From the NCBI GenBank assembly GCA_963792535.1, contig CAWBWQ010000001.1, positions 192,001 to 256,000 of the forward strand: DNA of 64,000 bases. Reading direction: 5' to 3'. Origin of the DNA: an uncultured Phycisphaerales bacterium (GTDB lineage: Bacteria > Planctomycetota > Phycisphaerae > Tepidisphaerales > Tepidisphaeraceae). The notes beneath the pieces are model-generated. The model had not been told where the DNA came from and searched no databases. It saw nothing but the letters and a program-made list of their open reading frames with translations. Position numbers and translations under genes: made by a program. Numbering within the stretch: the stretch's first letter is position 1; each line of letters starts with the position of its first letter. Below are positions 20,737-31,382 of the stretch, piece after piece.

Positions 20737-22287
20737 CTAATGCCCGCCTGCGGATTTTTCACCCGGCTCGATCCGCTTCATGAAAATAACGATAGGAATC
20801 GAGCAGAATGCCGCGATCGCCAGCACTTTAAAGATGTCGATGAACGAGAGCATTTCCGCCTCCCGGGCGATAGCGGCGAAGATTTTGGCGACGGTGGTGT
20901 GTCCGTTGCCCGTGCCGTGTGTGACCTGATAGAAGATGGGATTTCCGTTGGAAATGTGTTCAATAAGCCGGCTCTGGTGAAATTGACTTCGCCGCGCCAG
21001 CATCGTTTGCACCAGCGAGATGCCAAAGCTTCCGCCGAGATTGCGCATCAGGTTGATCAGTGCGCTGGCGTCGTTACTTTTCCCCGGCGGAAGACCGCTG
21101 TACGCGAGCGTGTTGATCGGCACAAACAGAAACGCCAGCCCCACCGCCTGAATCATCCGGGCTTCGACGAGAATTTTAAAACTCACCTGCGTGTAAAGGT
21201 TGGTCCAAAGCAACAGCGCGGTGCCGGTGGTGAAAAAGCCGAACATGATGAGGTATTTGGGCTGCACGCGGTTCACCAGGAATCCGACGATGGGCATACA
21301 CGCAAAGACCACCACGCCGCCGGGTGAAAGCGTCAGCCCCGCCTGGGTGGCGTCGTAACTGAACAGATCCTGGGTCATCTGCGGAATCAATTGCGTGGTT
21401 CCAAATAGCACGATGCCCAGCAGAAACATGACGACGTTGGAGATGAAAAAACTCCTGTTTTTTAACAGTGGAAGATCCACCACCGGGTCCTGCACGGTTA
21501 GTTCGTGAACGATCAGTACCGCCAGCGAGACGACGGCAACGATGGCAAAAGCAGTAATGCGAGCCGAGCCAAACCAGTCATCGATCTGCCCGCGATCCAG
21601 AACCACCTGCAGGCAACCCAGGCCAAGCGCCACCAGGGCAAAACCCAGGTAATCGATTTGTTTTTTTGATTTGTTGTCGCCGCTGGTGTCCTGCTCTGGA
21701 ACAAACAGATGCGTCAGGAAAAGCGACAGCAGCCCAACCGGCAGATTGATAAAAAAGATCCATCTCCAGGAAAGATTGTCGGTGATCCATCCACCAAGGG
21801 CCGGCCCCAGCGCAGGCGCGACCACGACGGCAATGCCATACAGTGCAAAGGCCTGGCCGCGTTTTTCGGCCGGGAAGGTATCGGTCAGAATCGCCTGTTC
21901 GGTAGGAGCAAGACCGCCGCCCCCGATGCCTTGAAAAACGCGCGCGGTAAGGAGAAACGCCAGTGAAGGCGCGATGCCACATAGAAACGAACTGACCGTA
22001 AACAGCGCGACGCAGATCATGTAAAATTTCTTCCGGCCAATGCGCGTGGAAAGCCAACCACTGACGGGAAGAATGATCGCGTTAGAGACCAGGTAGCTTG
22101 TGAGCACCCAGGTGGATTCATCCACACTGGACGCCAGACCGCCGGCGATGTGCTGCAGTGCGACGTTGGCGATGCTGGTGTCGAGCACCTCCATGAAGGT
22201 GGCCATCGACACCACAACTGCGATCAACCACGGATTGATCGCGGGCTTGCCGCCGGACAGAGACATTGGAGCCGAGAGAGCGGTCAT
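20737..22287 (-). CDS. emrB: DHA2 (EmrB/QacA) MFS efflux permease
   Basis: FMEVLDTSIANVAL, WVLTSYLV, GGWITDNLSWRWIFFINLP. Confidence 0.9.
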   Translation of the reverse strand: MTALSAPMSLSGGKPAINPWLIAVVVSMATFMEVLDTSIANVALQHIAGGLASSVDESTWVLTSYLVSNAIILPVSGWLSTRIGRKKFYMICVALFTVSSFLCGIAPSLAFLLTARVFQGIGGGGLAPTEQAILTDTFPAEKRGQAFALYGIAVVVAPALGPALGGWITDNLSWRWIFFINLPVGLLSLFLTHLFVPEQDTSGDNKSKKQIDYLGFALVALGLGCLQVVLDRGQIDDWFGSARITAFAIVAVVSLAVLIVHELTVQDPVVDLPLLKNRSFFISNVVMFLLGIVLFGTTQLIPQMTQDLFSYDATQAGLTLSPGGVVVFACMPIVGFLVNRVQPKYLIMFGFFTTGTALLLWTNLYTQVSFKILVEARMIQAVGLAFLFVPINTLAYSGLPPGKSNDASALINLMRNLGGSFGISLVQTMLARRSQFHQSRLIEHISNGNPIFYQVTHGTGNGHTTVAKIFAAIAREAEMLSFIDIFKVLAIAAFCSIPIVIFMKRIEPGEKSAGGH

Positions 22288-22331
22288 TTTTCTTCAGCGA
22301 TCTGATACAGGTCTCGGGAAAAAACGCCGAA

Positions 22332-23548
22332 TCAATTGCTTGCGTTGGCCGAGTTCGCGTCGCCGGACTGCTGATGGTCGCGCACATCCACTTCGGGTTC
22401 GACCGACATGCCCGGCGACAGCATGTGCCGGGGCTGCTCATCGAGGATGATTTTTACGGGAACGCGCTGCACGACTTTGACATAATTACCGGTGGCGTTT
22501 TCAGAAGGGAGCAGACTGAAGACAGCGCCAGTGCCATTTTGAATGCTGTCGATATGCCCGCGAAGCTTGTCATCGGGATAAGAATCGATGGTGATGCTGA
22601 CCGGCTGCCCGCGCCTCCATGTGCTGCAACTGGGTTTCCTTGAAGTTGGCGGTCACCCAGATTCCGTCGGGAACATCGGTGGGGACAATGTCGAGCATCT
22701 CCTGTCCGACAGCGACATAATTTCCAACTTCGACCGTGCGCCGCGTAACCCGACCGGCGCGGCCCGCGGTCACTTTGGTATAAGATAAATCGAGCTTTGC
22801 CTGCTCCACCTGCGCCTGCGCGGCCTGCACCGACGCGGTTGCGGCATCCACCGTTTTTTCCGCGGCTTTCACCATCGCATGCATCGAATCCGCCTTCTTC
22901 CGCGCGGCAGTCACCTGCGCATCGGTCGATTGCTGGTTCGCTGTCGCAAGGTCCAGTTGCTGCTGGCTTCGGGCGGCGGCGGGAATCTTGCCGAATCGTT
23001 CAAGATCCTGTTTGGCATTGATTGAGTTGGCCTGCGCTACCACCACATCCGCATCTGACTGGGCGGCATTGGCTTTGGAGACTTCAAGGTTGGCCGTCGC
23101 CTGTTCCAGCTGCGCCTCGGACTGCCCCTGGGCGGCGGTCATCTGGTGAAGACGAACTTCAAATGGGGCCGGATCGATCTCCAGCAACACCTGATCCGCT
23201 GACACAATCTGGTTATCGGTTACCTTCAGTCCCAGAACTCTTCCGGCCACGCGAGGGGCGATGTGCGAGATGCGCCCGTCGATGAATGCATCATCGGTGC
23301 TTACGAAATGTGACAGGTGAATTGTATAAAATATGCCAAAGACGATCGCCCACCAACACGACGGCAATCATCACCGACAAAAGGACAGGACGCTTCCAGA
23401 AAGGTTTTTTGACAGGTTGTTTTTGACCCTCAGGCTTGTTCTCCTGATTTGGTTTCCCGTCCTGCGTAACCTCACCACGACCGAACGCTTCGGGACGCTG
23501 ATCGTGGTCATTTCCCGGCTCGACTGTTTTTTGTTCCTGCTGCGGCAT
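22332..23548 (-). CDS. emrA: HlyD/EmrA membrane fusion protein (frameshifts ~23350 and ~22615)
   Basis: STDDAFIDG, WVTANFKETQL and, in the shifted frame, FSLLPSENATGNYVKVVQRVPV. Confidence 0.9.
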
Positions 23549-23622
23549 GACGGATACTAGACCGCACGCGACGATGTAGACCACCGGAAAAAAACAGGAA
23601 AACGCTAAGCAAAAAAGCAGCT

Positions 23623-24405
23623 TTAGCTCGATCGCTCAGAAGCATGCCATCGATGCAGTGTGATATGTCCGAACAGGTTGACCAGCGAGAAGAATGCCAA
23701 TCCCAGGAGGGATGCGAGCAGCACAGCTGCAAAAACCACGTCGAGGTTGCCGTATTTTTTAGCGCCCGCGATCTTCACTCCAAGCCCTTCGGTGTCTCCC
23801 AGGGTATCTACCAGAAATTCGCCGACCACCGTTCCAATAACTGCAAGCCCGGCGGAGACGCGCAGCCCGCTGATAATGCTTGGCAGCGCGAAAGGCAGGC
23901 GAAGCTTAACCAGCCGATCGACGGGCCCCGCACCGTAAAGTTCAAACAGATCCACCAGGGCGGGATCGGTTCCGAGCAATCCTGAAAGGGTGTTGGCGAT
24001 AACCGGAAAAACCGAAACGATAAACGCCGAGATTGAGACACTGACCAACCCGGCCGAAACCCACAGCACCAGCAGCGGGGCGATGGCGACAATAGGAACG
24101 GTCTGAAAAAACAAGGTGTAGGGATAAATCGCCCGGCGAAGCCAGTTGGAACTGGCGAGAACGACCGCCGTCGACATACCGACGATGATGCTTGCGGAAA
24201 AGCCGATCACGGCTGCCAGCGCGGTGTACCAGGTGGCGCGGAGCAGTTCGGTGCCATGGGTAAAGAATGCCATAGCGACACTGGAAGGGAGCGGAAGAAT
24301 GTATTGGGCGATGTGCTGCACGCGGATGGTCAATTCAAGCGCGGTACTGACGGCGAAAAAGACCAGCAGCGGCGGAAGGGCGGAGGTCAGCAATCGTCGG
24401 ATCAC
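23623..24405 (-). CDS. NitT/TauT-family ABC permease
   Basis: QTVPIVAIAPL, EAA-like loop, AVIGTVVGEF. Confidence 0.9.
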   Translation of the reverse strand: MIRRLLTSALPPLLVFFAVSTALELTIRVQHIAQYILPLPSSVAMAFFTHGTELLRATWYTALAAVIGFSASIIVGMSTAVVLASSNWLRRAIYPYTLFFQTVPIVAIAPLLVLWVSAGLVSVSISAFIVSVFPVIANTLSGLLGTDPALVDLFELYGAGPVDRLVKLRLPFALPSIISGLRVSAGLAVIGTVVGEFLVDTLGDTEGLGVKIAGAKKYGNLDVVFAAVLLASLLGLAFFSLVNLFGHITLHRWHASERSS

Positions 24406-25163
24406 AGTATCGCGCCCCCGGTTGCCAAAGCGGAATAGAGATCGTGTGTCTGTGCGGCGAAATCCGGCGAGGACCGCAGCAGGGTCGATCGCTGGTCTGG
24501 CAGAACGATCTGGCGGTCGAGAATAATCCTGCCAGGACGAGGGGACATCACCAGTGCGCGGTCGGCGAGGAAAACCGCTTCAGCGGTAGAGTGTGTGACG
24601 AACACCACGGTCATTCCCGTCTTCTGCCACAGCTCGCGCAGCTGCTCGTCGAGGCGCTGGCGTGTGATTTCATCCAGTGCGGCAAAGGGTTCATCGAGCA
24701 GAAGCAACCGGGGACTGGTGACCATCGCGCGGGCGAGCGAAACGCGCATGCGCATCCCGCCGGAGAGTTGATTGGGGTAACGATCGATCGCATCGAGCAG
24801 GCCCACCTGTTCGATGGCGGTAAGGATTTTATCGCGATGTTCCGCGATATTCTGGCGGGCCAGTTCCAGCGGCAAGGCGACATTCCGAAATACATTTCGC
24901 CAGGGCAGGAGATGCGCATCTTGGAAAACATACGCCAGTTTCGATTGGACACAGGGCCGTGAAATCTCACCGGCGGTCGGCTGGTCCAGCCCCGCGATCA
25001 ACCTTAAAAGCGTGGATTTGCCGCAGCCTGAAGGACCGAGGATCGCGATGAACTGACCTGCGGGAATGGAAAGAGAAAGCCGATCGACAGCGAGCACATT
25101 GCCCTCAAATCGTCGGGTGATGTCGCGGGCCTCGACGGCTAAACCATTTTCTGTTGCAGGCAT
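24402..25163 (-). CDS. NitT/TauT-family ABC ATP-binding protein
   Basis: GPSGCGKST, LSGGMRMR, LLLDEPFAALD; overlaps the permease start. Confidence 0.9.
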   Translation of the reverse strand: MPATENGLAVEARDITRRFEGNVLAVDRLSLSIPAGQFIAILGPSGCGKSTLLRLIAGLDQPTAGEISRPCVQSKLAYVFQDAHLLPWRNVFRNVALPLELARQNIAEHRDKILTAIEQVGLLDAIDRYPNQLSGGMRMRVSLARAMVTSPRLLLLDEPFAALDEITRQRLDEQLRELWQKTGMTVVFVTHSTAEAVFLADRALVMSPRPGRIILDRQIVLPDQRSTLLRSSPDFAAQTHDLYSALATGGAIL

Positions 25164-25277
25164 TGGCAAAGCTGATCTTGGTCCATCTGCGCGCTGGAAA
25201 CAAGTTTTTGATCGCCGGCGCGAATTGTTATAATCCTGATCGCTGGAGATAGACGCGAATCTTTTCAAGGGTCTTAC

Positions 25278-25535
25278 ATGATTTCGGAAGCTAAATTAGA
25301 TGAATTCGACCTGGCATGCAGGGAAGTGGGGTTGCCCTCTGAGATGGTTCAGAAGCTGCGGGAACGGTTGCTGCAGTCGTCTGTGCTGACACACGCTGCG
25401 CCTGCGACCGCGCGGGAACTGGAAATCATGAAGCTGATCGGCGCGGAATCGCCGGACAAGCTGGTGCATGATGTGCGTAATATACTCAATGAGGTTGCGC
25501 TGCTTCGGGCGCTGTCGGAGATCGAGAAAGACTGA
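25278..25535 (+). CDS. Small hypothetical helical protein
   Basis: 85-aa ORF with AAGG upstream and a TATAAT box at 25229; no recognised family. Confidence 0.65.
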   Translation: MISEAKLDEFDLACREVGLPSEMVQKLRERLLQSSVLTHAAPATARELEIMKLIGAESPDKLVHDVRNILNEVALLRALSEIEKD

Positions 25536-25641
25536 TGCTTTTTTTAGATGCGGCGAGAAAATGAGCAGCGCGATTGCCGGGCATTACCCATCGGGCTGTT
25601 GAAGCCAGTACATTTGTCAGGGCGGGCGAAGAGGCCGGGGT

Positions 25642-26118
25642 TTAGAAATTCCGCTGTCGCAACGCCTGGAAAAGTCCGATTCCCGCGGCGGTTGAAAGAT
25701 TGAGACATCGCTCGCCGGCGGCCTGGGGGATACGAACGCATCGCTGGCTGTTGGATTGCAACAATGATGCGGAAAGCCCGAAGGTCTCGCTGCCAAAAAC
25801 CAGGCAGTTCCCGGGCGAGAAGGTCACGTCCCAGAAACAGCGATCGCTTTTACTGGTGAAAAACCAGCATTGTTCGCGAGGCACTGCTTTAAAAAAAGCG
25901 TCATCGTCATCGTGCACGGTCATTTGCAAACGAGCCCAGTAATCCATCGCGCTGCGTTTCAGATTTCGATCGGAGAGAACAAAGCCCATCGGTCGAACCA
26001 GGTGAAGGCGCGTTCCGGTGGCGACGCAAAGCCGGGCGATATTGCCGGTATTTGGCGCGATCTGAGGTTGCAGCAGGGCGATACTGAAATCGTGGGCTTG
26101 CAGATCGACGCAACTCAC
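25642..26118 (-). CDS. trmL: tRNA (cytidine/uridine(34)-2'-O)-methyltransferase
   Basis: PQIAPNTGNIARLC, MDYW, LVFGSETFGL, RCLNLS (SPOUT). Confidence 0.9.
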   Translation of the reverse strand: MSCVDLQAHDFSIALLQPQIAPNTGNIARLCVATGTRLHLVRPMGFVLSDRNLKRSAMDYWARLQMTVHDDDDAFFKAVPREQCWFFTSKSDRCFWDVTFSPGNCLVFGSETFGLSASLLQSNSQRCVRIPQAAGERCLNLSTAAGIGLFQALRQRNF

Positions 26119-26918
26119 AGGCGCACCAGTTCACCAAAATGCGTGGTCTGCAGGTATCGATTTTCTTCAACACAGAAAGCGGTCAGCCTGCCGTAGGTGA
26201 TGATGGCGCATCCGGTGTCCAGCAGCGTTGCCTGGGGACCGACCACGGGGACAATCTCCATTTTCCGACCGGGTGTGCTGTAGGTGTGAATCGGTGTATG
26301 CCCGAAAAAGCCCCGTTTTCCCCAAGGCTTGGGTTGATCTATTTCTTCCAGCGTAAAGCGGGCCCAGAGCAGTGATTGCCGGGCCTCGGCTGACAGGTTT
26401 CGCATTTCGGTAAGTGCGGGGGGAAAGCATGCTTCGCGCGGAGACCAGTATCCATGCACCACGAAAAAATTCTCGGATTCCAGAACCGCGGGCAGTGTAT
26501 GGATAAAATGCCTGTGGTCCTCCGGCACTACTGAAGCAAGGTGGGCCATGCGATCGGGCGTTGGTGATACAGCGGTTTCGCGCAGCCACTGCCAATCGAG
26601 TCCGTAGCTGTGGAAAGTGCGGTCGAGTCCGTAGTCCATAAACCATTGAAACGCCGCGGCGGGTGTGCCACCGGCGGCTTTTTCACTGAAGCAGTTGCCA
26701 TGCAGAATCAGATCGAAAATATCATCGTGATTCCCGCGGGCGCAGCGGATATCGGGCATGCTCAACAGAAGGTCGATTACCTTGCGGGAATCAGGTCCGC
26801 GATTCACAAAATCACCGGTGAACGTAAAACGCGCCGAGTCATCTTCGGCCAGCACCGCGTCGATCAACCGCCGCAGCGGCCCATACATTCCGTGAACATC
26901 ACCGATGATCCAATTCAT
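26115..26918 (-). CDS. Calcineurin-like metallophosphoesterase (Ser/Thr phosphatase/ApaH-like)
   Basis: GDVHG, GDFVNRGPDS, GNHD, VHG, GHTP, DTG. Confidence 0.9.
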   Translation of the reverse strand: MNWIIGDVHGMYGPLRRLIDAVLAEDDSARFTFTGDFVNRGPDSRKVIDLLLSMPDIRCARGNHDDIFDLILHGNCFSEKAAGGTPAAAFQWFMDYGLDRTFHSYGLDWQWLRETAVSPTPDRMAHLASVVPEDHRHFIHTLPAVLESENFFVVHGYWSPREACFPPALTEMRNLSAEARQSLLWARFTLEEIDQPKPWGKRGFFGHTPIHTYSTPGRKMEIVPVVGPQATLLDTGCAIITYGRLTAFCVEENRYLQTTHFGELVRL

Positions 26919-26975
26919 TGCCCGGCTAATCTATCGATGCGAACCGATGGGGCAACCATTGTGAGGATTTGAAAA

Positions 26976-27332
26976 ATGAATCAGTCAACCGCCGCAGTCT
27001 TAACACCGCTTGTCGATCGTCGATGCACAGAGCGATTGCCTAAGGCAACCGCGCTGGAAATATCGGAATGGTCCAAATCCATTCCCGGCTGGAAAATCGA
27101 AAAAAAAGAGCTCACCCGGCAAGTGGATTTCAAGAATTATCATCAAACAATGGCCTTCGTAAACGCGTTGGCATGGATCTCCCATGCTGAAAACCATCAC
27201 CCGGATTTGATTGTGAAATACAGCGCCTGCGTGGTGAGTTACAGCACGCATTCACTGGACGGTTTGTCGGAAAACGATTTCATCTGCGCCGCAAAGCTCA
27301 ATAGGCTGTTGCACGATTCCCCGTCTTGTTGA
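26976..27332 (+). CDS. phhB: Pterin-4-alpha-carbinolamine dehydratase
   Basis: ENHHPDL, STHSLDGLSENDFICAAK. Confidence 0.9.
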   Translation: MNQSTAAVLTPLVDRRCTERLPKATALEISEWSKSIPGWKIEKKELTRQVDFKNYHQTMAFVNALAWISHAENHHPDLIVKYSACVVSYSTHSLDGLSENDFICAAKLNRLLHDSPSC

Positions 27333-27450
27333 AGCGCGTTGGAAGGTCATTGCCGATTATTGTCGGGCTGGCTGGCGTGGTCTGTTTGACCAATTCCACC
27401 GGCGTTCGTAAAGTTTGCTTTTAATCCCTCACCTGCCACCGGAGATTGCT

Positions 27451-28892
27451 TTGTCGATACCGCTCGATCTGTTTGAAGAATCAGAAAAGAAGGAGAAATG
27501 CGGAGTATTCGGCATCTGGGGCACGCCGGAAGCATCGCAAATCGTCTATCAGGGCATCTTCGCGCAGCAGCACCGGGGGCAGGAATCAGCAGGCATCGCT
27601 GTGACCACCGGAACAGATCTTAACGGTCATACCGGTATGGGCCTGGTCAGCCAGGTTTTTAATCCGCGGATGCTTAAGGAAGAACTCGCCGGTCACGGCG
27701 CGATTGGGCATGTGCGATATTCGACCACCGGGTCGAGTAAATTGTGTAATGCCCAGCCACTGCTTCGTCAGTATGCGCTGGGGCCAGTTGCGGTGGCTCA
27801 CAACGGAAATCTGATTAATGCCGCGCTGTTGCGCGAAGATTACGAGCGCCACGGGCATATTTTTCAATCGACGACCGACACCGAAATCATCGTTCACCTG
27901 CTGGCCAAACCGACACACGTTGAAAAGAAGGATCCCCTCCCGCATGTGCTCAAGCACCTGCAGGGCGCGTTCAGCCTTTTGTTTTTGTTTCCCGACCGCA
28001 TGGAAGCCGTTCGCGATCCCTGGGGAGTCAGGCCGCTCGTGCTGGGCAAAACCTCGCAGGGGCATTGGGTTATCGCCAGCGAGACCTGTGCGTTTGATGC
28101 GATCGATGCCCAGTATATTCGCGAGATCGAGCCCGGCGAAATCGTGCGGATCGACGACCGCGGCTTAACCTCCCGCCGGTTCGATGTGCCGGCCAAGCCC
28201 ACTGCCATGTGCGTGTTCGAACACGTTTATTTTGCCAACCCCGCAAGCAAAATCTTCGGGCAGACTGTGCATACCGTACGCGAAAAAATGGGCCGGCAAC
28301 TGGCGCGCGAAGCACCTGTCGATGCCGATTACATCATGCCCATGCCCGACAGCGGGCGCAGCGCGGCGCTTGGTTTTGCAAAAGAGTCCACCATCCCGTT
28401 CGAGGAAGGCATCGTCCCCAACCGATTCATCGGTCGAACTTTTATCCTGCCCAATCAACTGCAGCGAGACCGCGCGGTGGCGATGAAGCTCAACATCATT
28501 CCCGATGTGGTCAACGGTCAGCGGATCGTCATCGTCGAAGATTCGGTCGTGCGAGGCACCACCACGCGATCCAAAATGCGCGCCATTCGCCGGGCCGTGC
28601 AAAGGAAATTCACCTGCGCGTCAGCTGCCCACCGATTCGCCATCCCTGCTTTTATGGCATTGATTTTCCCACCAGTGAAGAACTGATCGCACACAACCGC
28701 TCGGTCGATCAGATTCGCGATTTCCTGGAGGTCGACAGCCTGGCTTACCTTTCGATGGAAGGCATGCTCGCCTGCCTGAAGCACGAGCCGGGCGATTATT
28801 GCACCGCCTGTTGGAGCGGAAATTACAAAATCCCGATCGATTCGCCCACCGCCAGGTTCAACTTCGAGCGCGAACAGCTGAAGATGTTCTGA
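27451..28892 (+). CDS. purF: Amidophosphoribosyltransferase (frameshift ~28597)
   Basis: EKCGVFG, QHRGQESAG, GHVRYSTTG, EDSVVRGTT; continues as AKEIHLRVSCPP..CFYGIDF..CTACW in ORF 28209..28892. Confidence 0.95.
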
Positions 28893-29256
28893 CGAAATCG
28901 TTCTGTCTGCCATTTGATGTAACACCTTACCGTTACTGTACTTTGGATGATGCAGAAATTGCCTGCGCCTTTGGATCGCAATTATCCTGCGGTTATGTCA
29001 TCGCGGTAAACTCTGTTCCTGCAGCGACTTATTACCCTTTCCCCGCCCACATTTGATTCGCTTAAGCCGCTTTAAGCCGGCTCCTTTGACGCGAAACAAA
29101 CTGGCGTTACACGTATTTCGCACCCTAAACATATATAGATAATGAGCTTGCAGCAAAAGCAGGCTCAACGGAAATTTGCTGAATATTTCTATTGCATAAC
29201 AAGTTAGGTATTTGTAAGGTATAAGCGTCATTTCATGTAAAGATTTGGAGGCTCGC

Positions 29257-29900
29257 ATGAAAGCAGAACTCGATTCGGCCGACAAAACCGATCCCGCTCC
29301 CGCGTCACCGGTCAAAGACTCCCGGCCGGTTGGAGCGCCCGCCGATCATCCGACGGCAGATGACTCCGCACTGGTCACGCCTCCCGACGGAACCTGGGTC
29401 GACACCGTCGCCCGGCAATACGCGCGAATCCTTCAGGCATTTGGCCCGCCCAATCCCGCGCCTACGCGGCCCATCAGTCGCATGCACGTGCGCTGCTCGA
29501 AGCGCTTGCCGCCACGGATCCCATCGAGCAAATGCTCGCGAGTCAGTTGCTTTTCGCGCAAGCGCACATTCAGTTTTTGAGCGGCATTTCGGTAACGCAG
29601 AAAGACCCGGTCTGGTCACAGATTTACAACGCGAGCTCGACCGCGCCACCGCTGCTTATTACAAGCTGCTGGAGGCGGTCCGCGATCATCGTCGCCCGCG
29701 CCGGCGGGCGCGGCAAGTCTTTCACGTCGATCCGCACCGCGCATATCACTGCCCAGCAGGTGATCGGCCTGTCGCCGCCTGCTGCGGCGATTCTTTCACC
29801 AACGGAGGCACCCCATGCCAACCCGACGCAACCGCAATTCTCCAAAGCTCAGCCGCAGGCAGCTCAAGGACCGTCGCCGCCGCTTGATTCAACGGCATAA
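29257..29900 (+). CDS. Hypothetical island/phage-associated protein; three frameshifts (pseudogene or read errors)
   Basis: GGAGG RBS; reconstructs as ...LLEALAATDPIEQMLASQL...ELDRATAAYYKLLEAVRDHRRP...SFTSIRTAHITAQQVI across three frames. Confidence 0.55.
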
Positions 29901-30060
29901 ACCATGGACGACCAGCAGCGGTCCCATCACGCTGCTGGGCAAAAAAACTGTCAGTCAAAACGCCATCAAGCATGGCCTGTGCAGCAGATGGTTCAGCAAA
30001 GAAGAATGCCGGGCCTATGCCACGATTGCCCAGCAATTTCGGCGTAAAAACCTTCTCTGA
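29815..30060 (+). CDS. Small basic protein with an STGP-T-GK-S-NA-KHG-type motif (HGGxSTG-related)
   Basis: GGAGG RBS; KPWTTSSGPITLLGKKTVSQNAIKHGL. Confidence 0.7.
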   Translation: MPTRRNRNSPKLSRRQLKDRRRRLIQRHKPWTTSSGPITLLGKKTVSQNAIKHGLCSRWFSKEECRAYATIAQQFRRKNLL

Positions 30061-30085
30061 AACTTCACATTTACCGAGGTCAGTT

Positions 30086-30574
30086 ATGAAACTGGAAATT
30101 TTATTTCAACCCGCCTGCCCACCGGGCGGGCTGTTTCGGTCTCCCGTCTCGTTTCCGTTTTTCCCCGCACCCAAACTGAGCCGCGCTCAGGGGGAGGAAG
30201 TGCAATCTGTGTTGCAGTTCCACCGCGCGACTCAAACCAGCCGTCCTGGCTTTTTCGTCGTCAGCCTCGACCCAGACACACAGCTGCAATTGCGCGCGTT
30301 CGGATTGCAGAAAGGGTGCATCGTGACGGTGCACGATTTCACGCCGGTCGTCGTGCGTTTCCTGTTCGATCTTCTGTGTGCCGCAGACTGGATCATGCTT
30401 CTGCCACCGCCTTACACGCAGGCGCTGGCGGCCCGGCCGATGACGTTTCGATCGTCGCGATGGAACCGCGCCGGCGTGCCCGCGGCAGTCTGCGAAAGCG
30501 CTGAGCAACTGGGCGTCCGCCTGCGCATTGAAACGAGCGAGCCCAAGCGCGAACCGCTCGAAATCGTTGGCTAA
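30086..30574 (+). CDS. Hypothetical protein
   Basis: GAGGT RBS before ATG 30086; 162 aa; no family recognised. Confidence 0.6.
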   Translation: MKLEILFQPACPPGGLFRSPVSFPFFPAPKLSRAQGEEVQSVLQFHRATQTSRPGFFVVSLDPDTQLQLRAFGLQKGCIVTVHDFTPVVVRFLFDLLCAADWIMLLPPPYTQALAARPMTFRSSRWNRAGVPAAVCESAEQLGVRLRIETSEPKREPLEIVG

Positions 30575-30658
30575 AAAATGTGTTTGTGTTTCCAGGATAC
30601 GCGGCGATGAGTGCAAAAGGTGGCAAGCAAGGCGGCGATAAACGACCGCCTCACCTGC

Positions 30659-31372
30659 TTATTCCACGCCGATTTTCTTAAACCACTGCGGTTTCAGATA
30701 TCGGAGGATGAGCGGCAACAGGAGGATGACGTTGATGGTGGTGATCACCGCGGCAAATTTCCAGTTTGTCCAGGGATGGTAATGCGCGCCGATGCCGACA
30801 TAGGTGGAGACAGCGGGGATTCCGCCCAGAAAGGTTCCCAGCACCACGTCCATATATGAAACCAGCGTGAGTCCCAGCGCATAGTTGCAGATGCCAAACG
30901 GCAGGAGGTGAATAAGCCGAACGGTCATAACCACGAGAAATCCGTTATGACCCAGCGTTTCGTCCAGTGCTTTGAGTTTTTCGACGCGGGACTCGATGCG
31001 TTCGTGAAACCACTCGCTGGCGAACCATCGCGAGATCGCGACGGTAATTACCGAGCCGATTGTGGATGCGATAAGGCTGAGGAATGTGCCTTCGTACAGT
31101 CCGAAACCAATGCCTGCCAACACCTGCAGCGGCCAGACCGGCAGGGCCATGACCGCAAGGAAAAGATAGACACCGACATACGCCAACGGCGCGAGAATGA
31201 CATGGCGGTGAATGAAAGGCTCGAACGTGCGATCGTTGCGGAGTTTTGCCGCTGCGCCGGAATGCAGCCAGGCAACCAGCGTGGCAATCAGCACGACAGT
31301 GAAAAGCAGACCGAACGCCTTTTTCAATGGGTTTGCCGGCGGCGGGGCGGCGGTTTCCGTCTTGGGTTCCAT
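30659..31372 (-). CDS. TVP38/TMEM64 (VTT/DedA) membrane protein
   Basis: AGIGFG, RLIHLLPFGICNYALG, GTFLGGIP. Confidence 0.85.
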   Translation of the reverse strand: MEPKTETAAPPPANPLKKAFGLLFTVVLIATLVAWLHSGAAAKLRNDRTFEPFIHRHVILAPLAYVGVYLFLAVMALPVWPLQVLAGIGFGLYEGTFLSLIASTIGSVITVAISRWFASEWFHERIESRVEKLKALDETLGHNGFLVVMTVRLIHLLPFGICNYALGLTLVSYMDVVLGTFLGGIPAVSTYVGIGAHYHPWTNWKFAAVITTINVILLLPLILRYLKPQWFKKIGVE

Positions 31373-31382
31373 GCCGCGTAGT

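Noticed and set aside
28580..28620. Programmed ribosomal frameshifting in purF and other split genes
   Set aside because: No slippery heptamers or consistent stimulators; shifts go in both directions and hit unrelated genes
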